Assembly (NCBI GenBank): GCA_043742745.1
Contig: JAYTXW010000177.1
Location: forward strand, 1 to 39,093
Direction: 5' to 3'
Source of the DNA: Sphingomonadaceae bacterium
GTDB taxonomy: Bacteria > Pseudomonadota > Alphaproteobacteria > Sphingomonadales > Sphingomonadaceae
DNA length: 39,093 bases
In this document: one piece after another, positions 37,970 to 39,093 of the stretch
Layout of the letters: each line of letters starts with the position of its first letter
Position numbering within the stretch: the stretch's first letter is position 1
Translations under genes and position numbers: made by a program
Notes under the pieces: model-generated
What the model was told of the DNA's origin: nothing
The model's input: only the letters and a program-made list of their open reading frames with translations
Databases searched by the model: none

Positions 37970-39093
37970 GTGACTGCAACGCCGTCTACGGTCGAGCTTG
38001 CGGTCGTCGACCTGCCGTTTCCCAGCCAGTTCCGCGCGTGGTGGGTGGTTTCGGCGATGTTCATGGCCTCGATTGTATCGGTGGTTGATCGCGGAATCCT
38101 AACCCTCGTCGTCGATCCCGTCCGTCATGATCTCGGCATCTCCGATGTACAGATCAGTCTGTTGCAAGGTCTGGCATTCGGCATTTTTTACGCCGTGGCG
38201 GGGGTTCCGCTCGGGCTGCTAGCGGACCGCTTCTCACGCCGCCGCCTGCTAACCGGCGGCATCGTCATATGGAGCGCGGCGACGTTCCTCGGCGGTCTCG
38301 CGACAAGCTTTGGCGAGCTATTCACGGCACGGCTGTTGGTTGGCCTCGGAGAGGCGGCGCTAGCACCCTGCGCCGTCTCGATGATCGGCGACATGTTCCC
38401 CGCTCATTGCCGCGGACGCCCCATCAGCATCTATCTGCTGGGCCAGTCGCTCGCCGGCGGATTGTCGGTATTGCTGACGGGCTGGGCACTGAGCGGCGTC
38501 CCCGCCGGTCGTTTTGCGTGGATAGGCCCGCTAGATGACCTTGCCCCATGGCGTGTCGCCTTTATCCTGGCCGGGATGGCCGGGTTGCCGGTGATTCTGA
38601 TGCTGCTGTCGTACCGCGAACCCATTCGTCGCGGTGCGCGTCTCGAGGGTAATGCGAATTCGCTGACGCAGGCGATTGGCTATTTGCGCCGCAACTGGAC
38701 AGTCTTCGTGCCATTTTACGCAGGCTTCGCGATGCTGGTTATGATGGCGTATAGCATCAACGCTTGGGGCGCGACGTACTTAATGCGCCAATTCAGCCTT
38801 GCCCCGGCGCAGGTCGGCAAGTGGCAGGGAACTGTCGGTATCGTCCTCGGCACGTTGGGCGCGCTTGCCGCCGGGTTCGCCGTCGACCAGGTTTCGCGGC
38901 GGATCCCGCCCGGGGGCAAGCTATTGTTCCTGGTTTGCGTTGCCTTCTTGATGATCCCGGCGACGCTGACCGTCTTTATGCCGACGCCAATGACCGCCGT
39001 CGCGACGCTCGGTTTCGTTACTTTTTTCATGCCTGTCATCGGCACCGCGATGGTTACCGGCATTCAGGAAATGGTGCCGAGCAACATGCGGGG
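37970..39093 (+). CDS. MFS transporter (spinster-like), runs off the window end
   Basis: Absent from the ORF track because there is no stop in the window. The frame from GTG 37970 reads ...AWWVVSAMFMASIVSVVDRGILTLVVDPVRHDLGISDVQISLLQGLAF...GLLADRFSRRRL...ARLLVGLGEA. Confidence 0.9.
   Translation, partial: MTATPSTVELAVVDLPFPSQFRAWWVVSAMFMASIVSVVDRGILTLVVDPVRHDLGISDVQISLLQGLAFGIFYAVAGVPLGLLADRFSRRRLLTGGIVIWSAATFLGGLATSFGELFTARLLVGLGEAALAPCAVSMIGDMFPAHCRGRPISIYLLGQSLAGGLSVLLTGWALSGVPAGRFAWIGPLDDLAPWRVAFILAGMAGLPVILMLLSYREPIRRGARLEGNANSLTQAIGYLRRNWTVFVPFYAGFAMLVMMAYSINAWGATYLMRQFSLAPAQVGKWQGTVGIVLGTLGALAAGFAVDQVSRRIPPGGKLLFLVCVAFLMIPATLTVFMPTPMTAVATLGFVTFFMPVIGTAMVTGIQEMVPSNMR

Overview
GC-rich bacterial DNA, probably alphaproteobacterial or sphingomonad-like (inferred from composition and gene content). 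After a broken IS21 istA remnant at the left edge, the window is one densely packed accessory cluster of about 37 genes that looks catabolic. Uptake and export: a TonB-dependent receptor, three paralogous exported NTF2/DUF4440-like proteins, several exported hydrolases and three MFS transporters. C-N cleavage: three PuuE-like deacetylase-fold proteins, two isochorismatase-family amidases, a TRZ/ATZ-like amidohydrolase, an M24 enzyme and a triple-RidA protein. Oxidation and lower pathway: an FAD monooxygenase, a maleate-isomerase-family protein, a LeuCD-like hydratase, an ICL/PEPM lyase, a CoA-transferase III, an HMG-CoA-lyase-like enzyme and a flavoprotein. IclR and GntR regulators are present with candidate operators. 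The most striking features are a tail-to-tail duplicated module (class I methyltransferase plus a small partner protein of unknown function) and repeated substitution of canonical catalytic residues in intact enzymes, which suggests an uncharacterised pathway. The substrate cannot be determined from sequence. Product calls come from motif recognition by eye. No rRNA, tRNA or CRISPR array was recognised.
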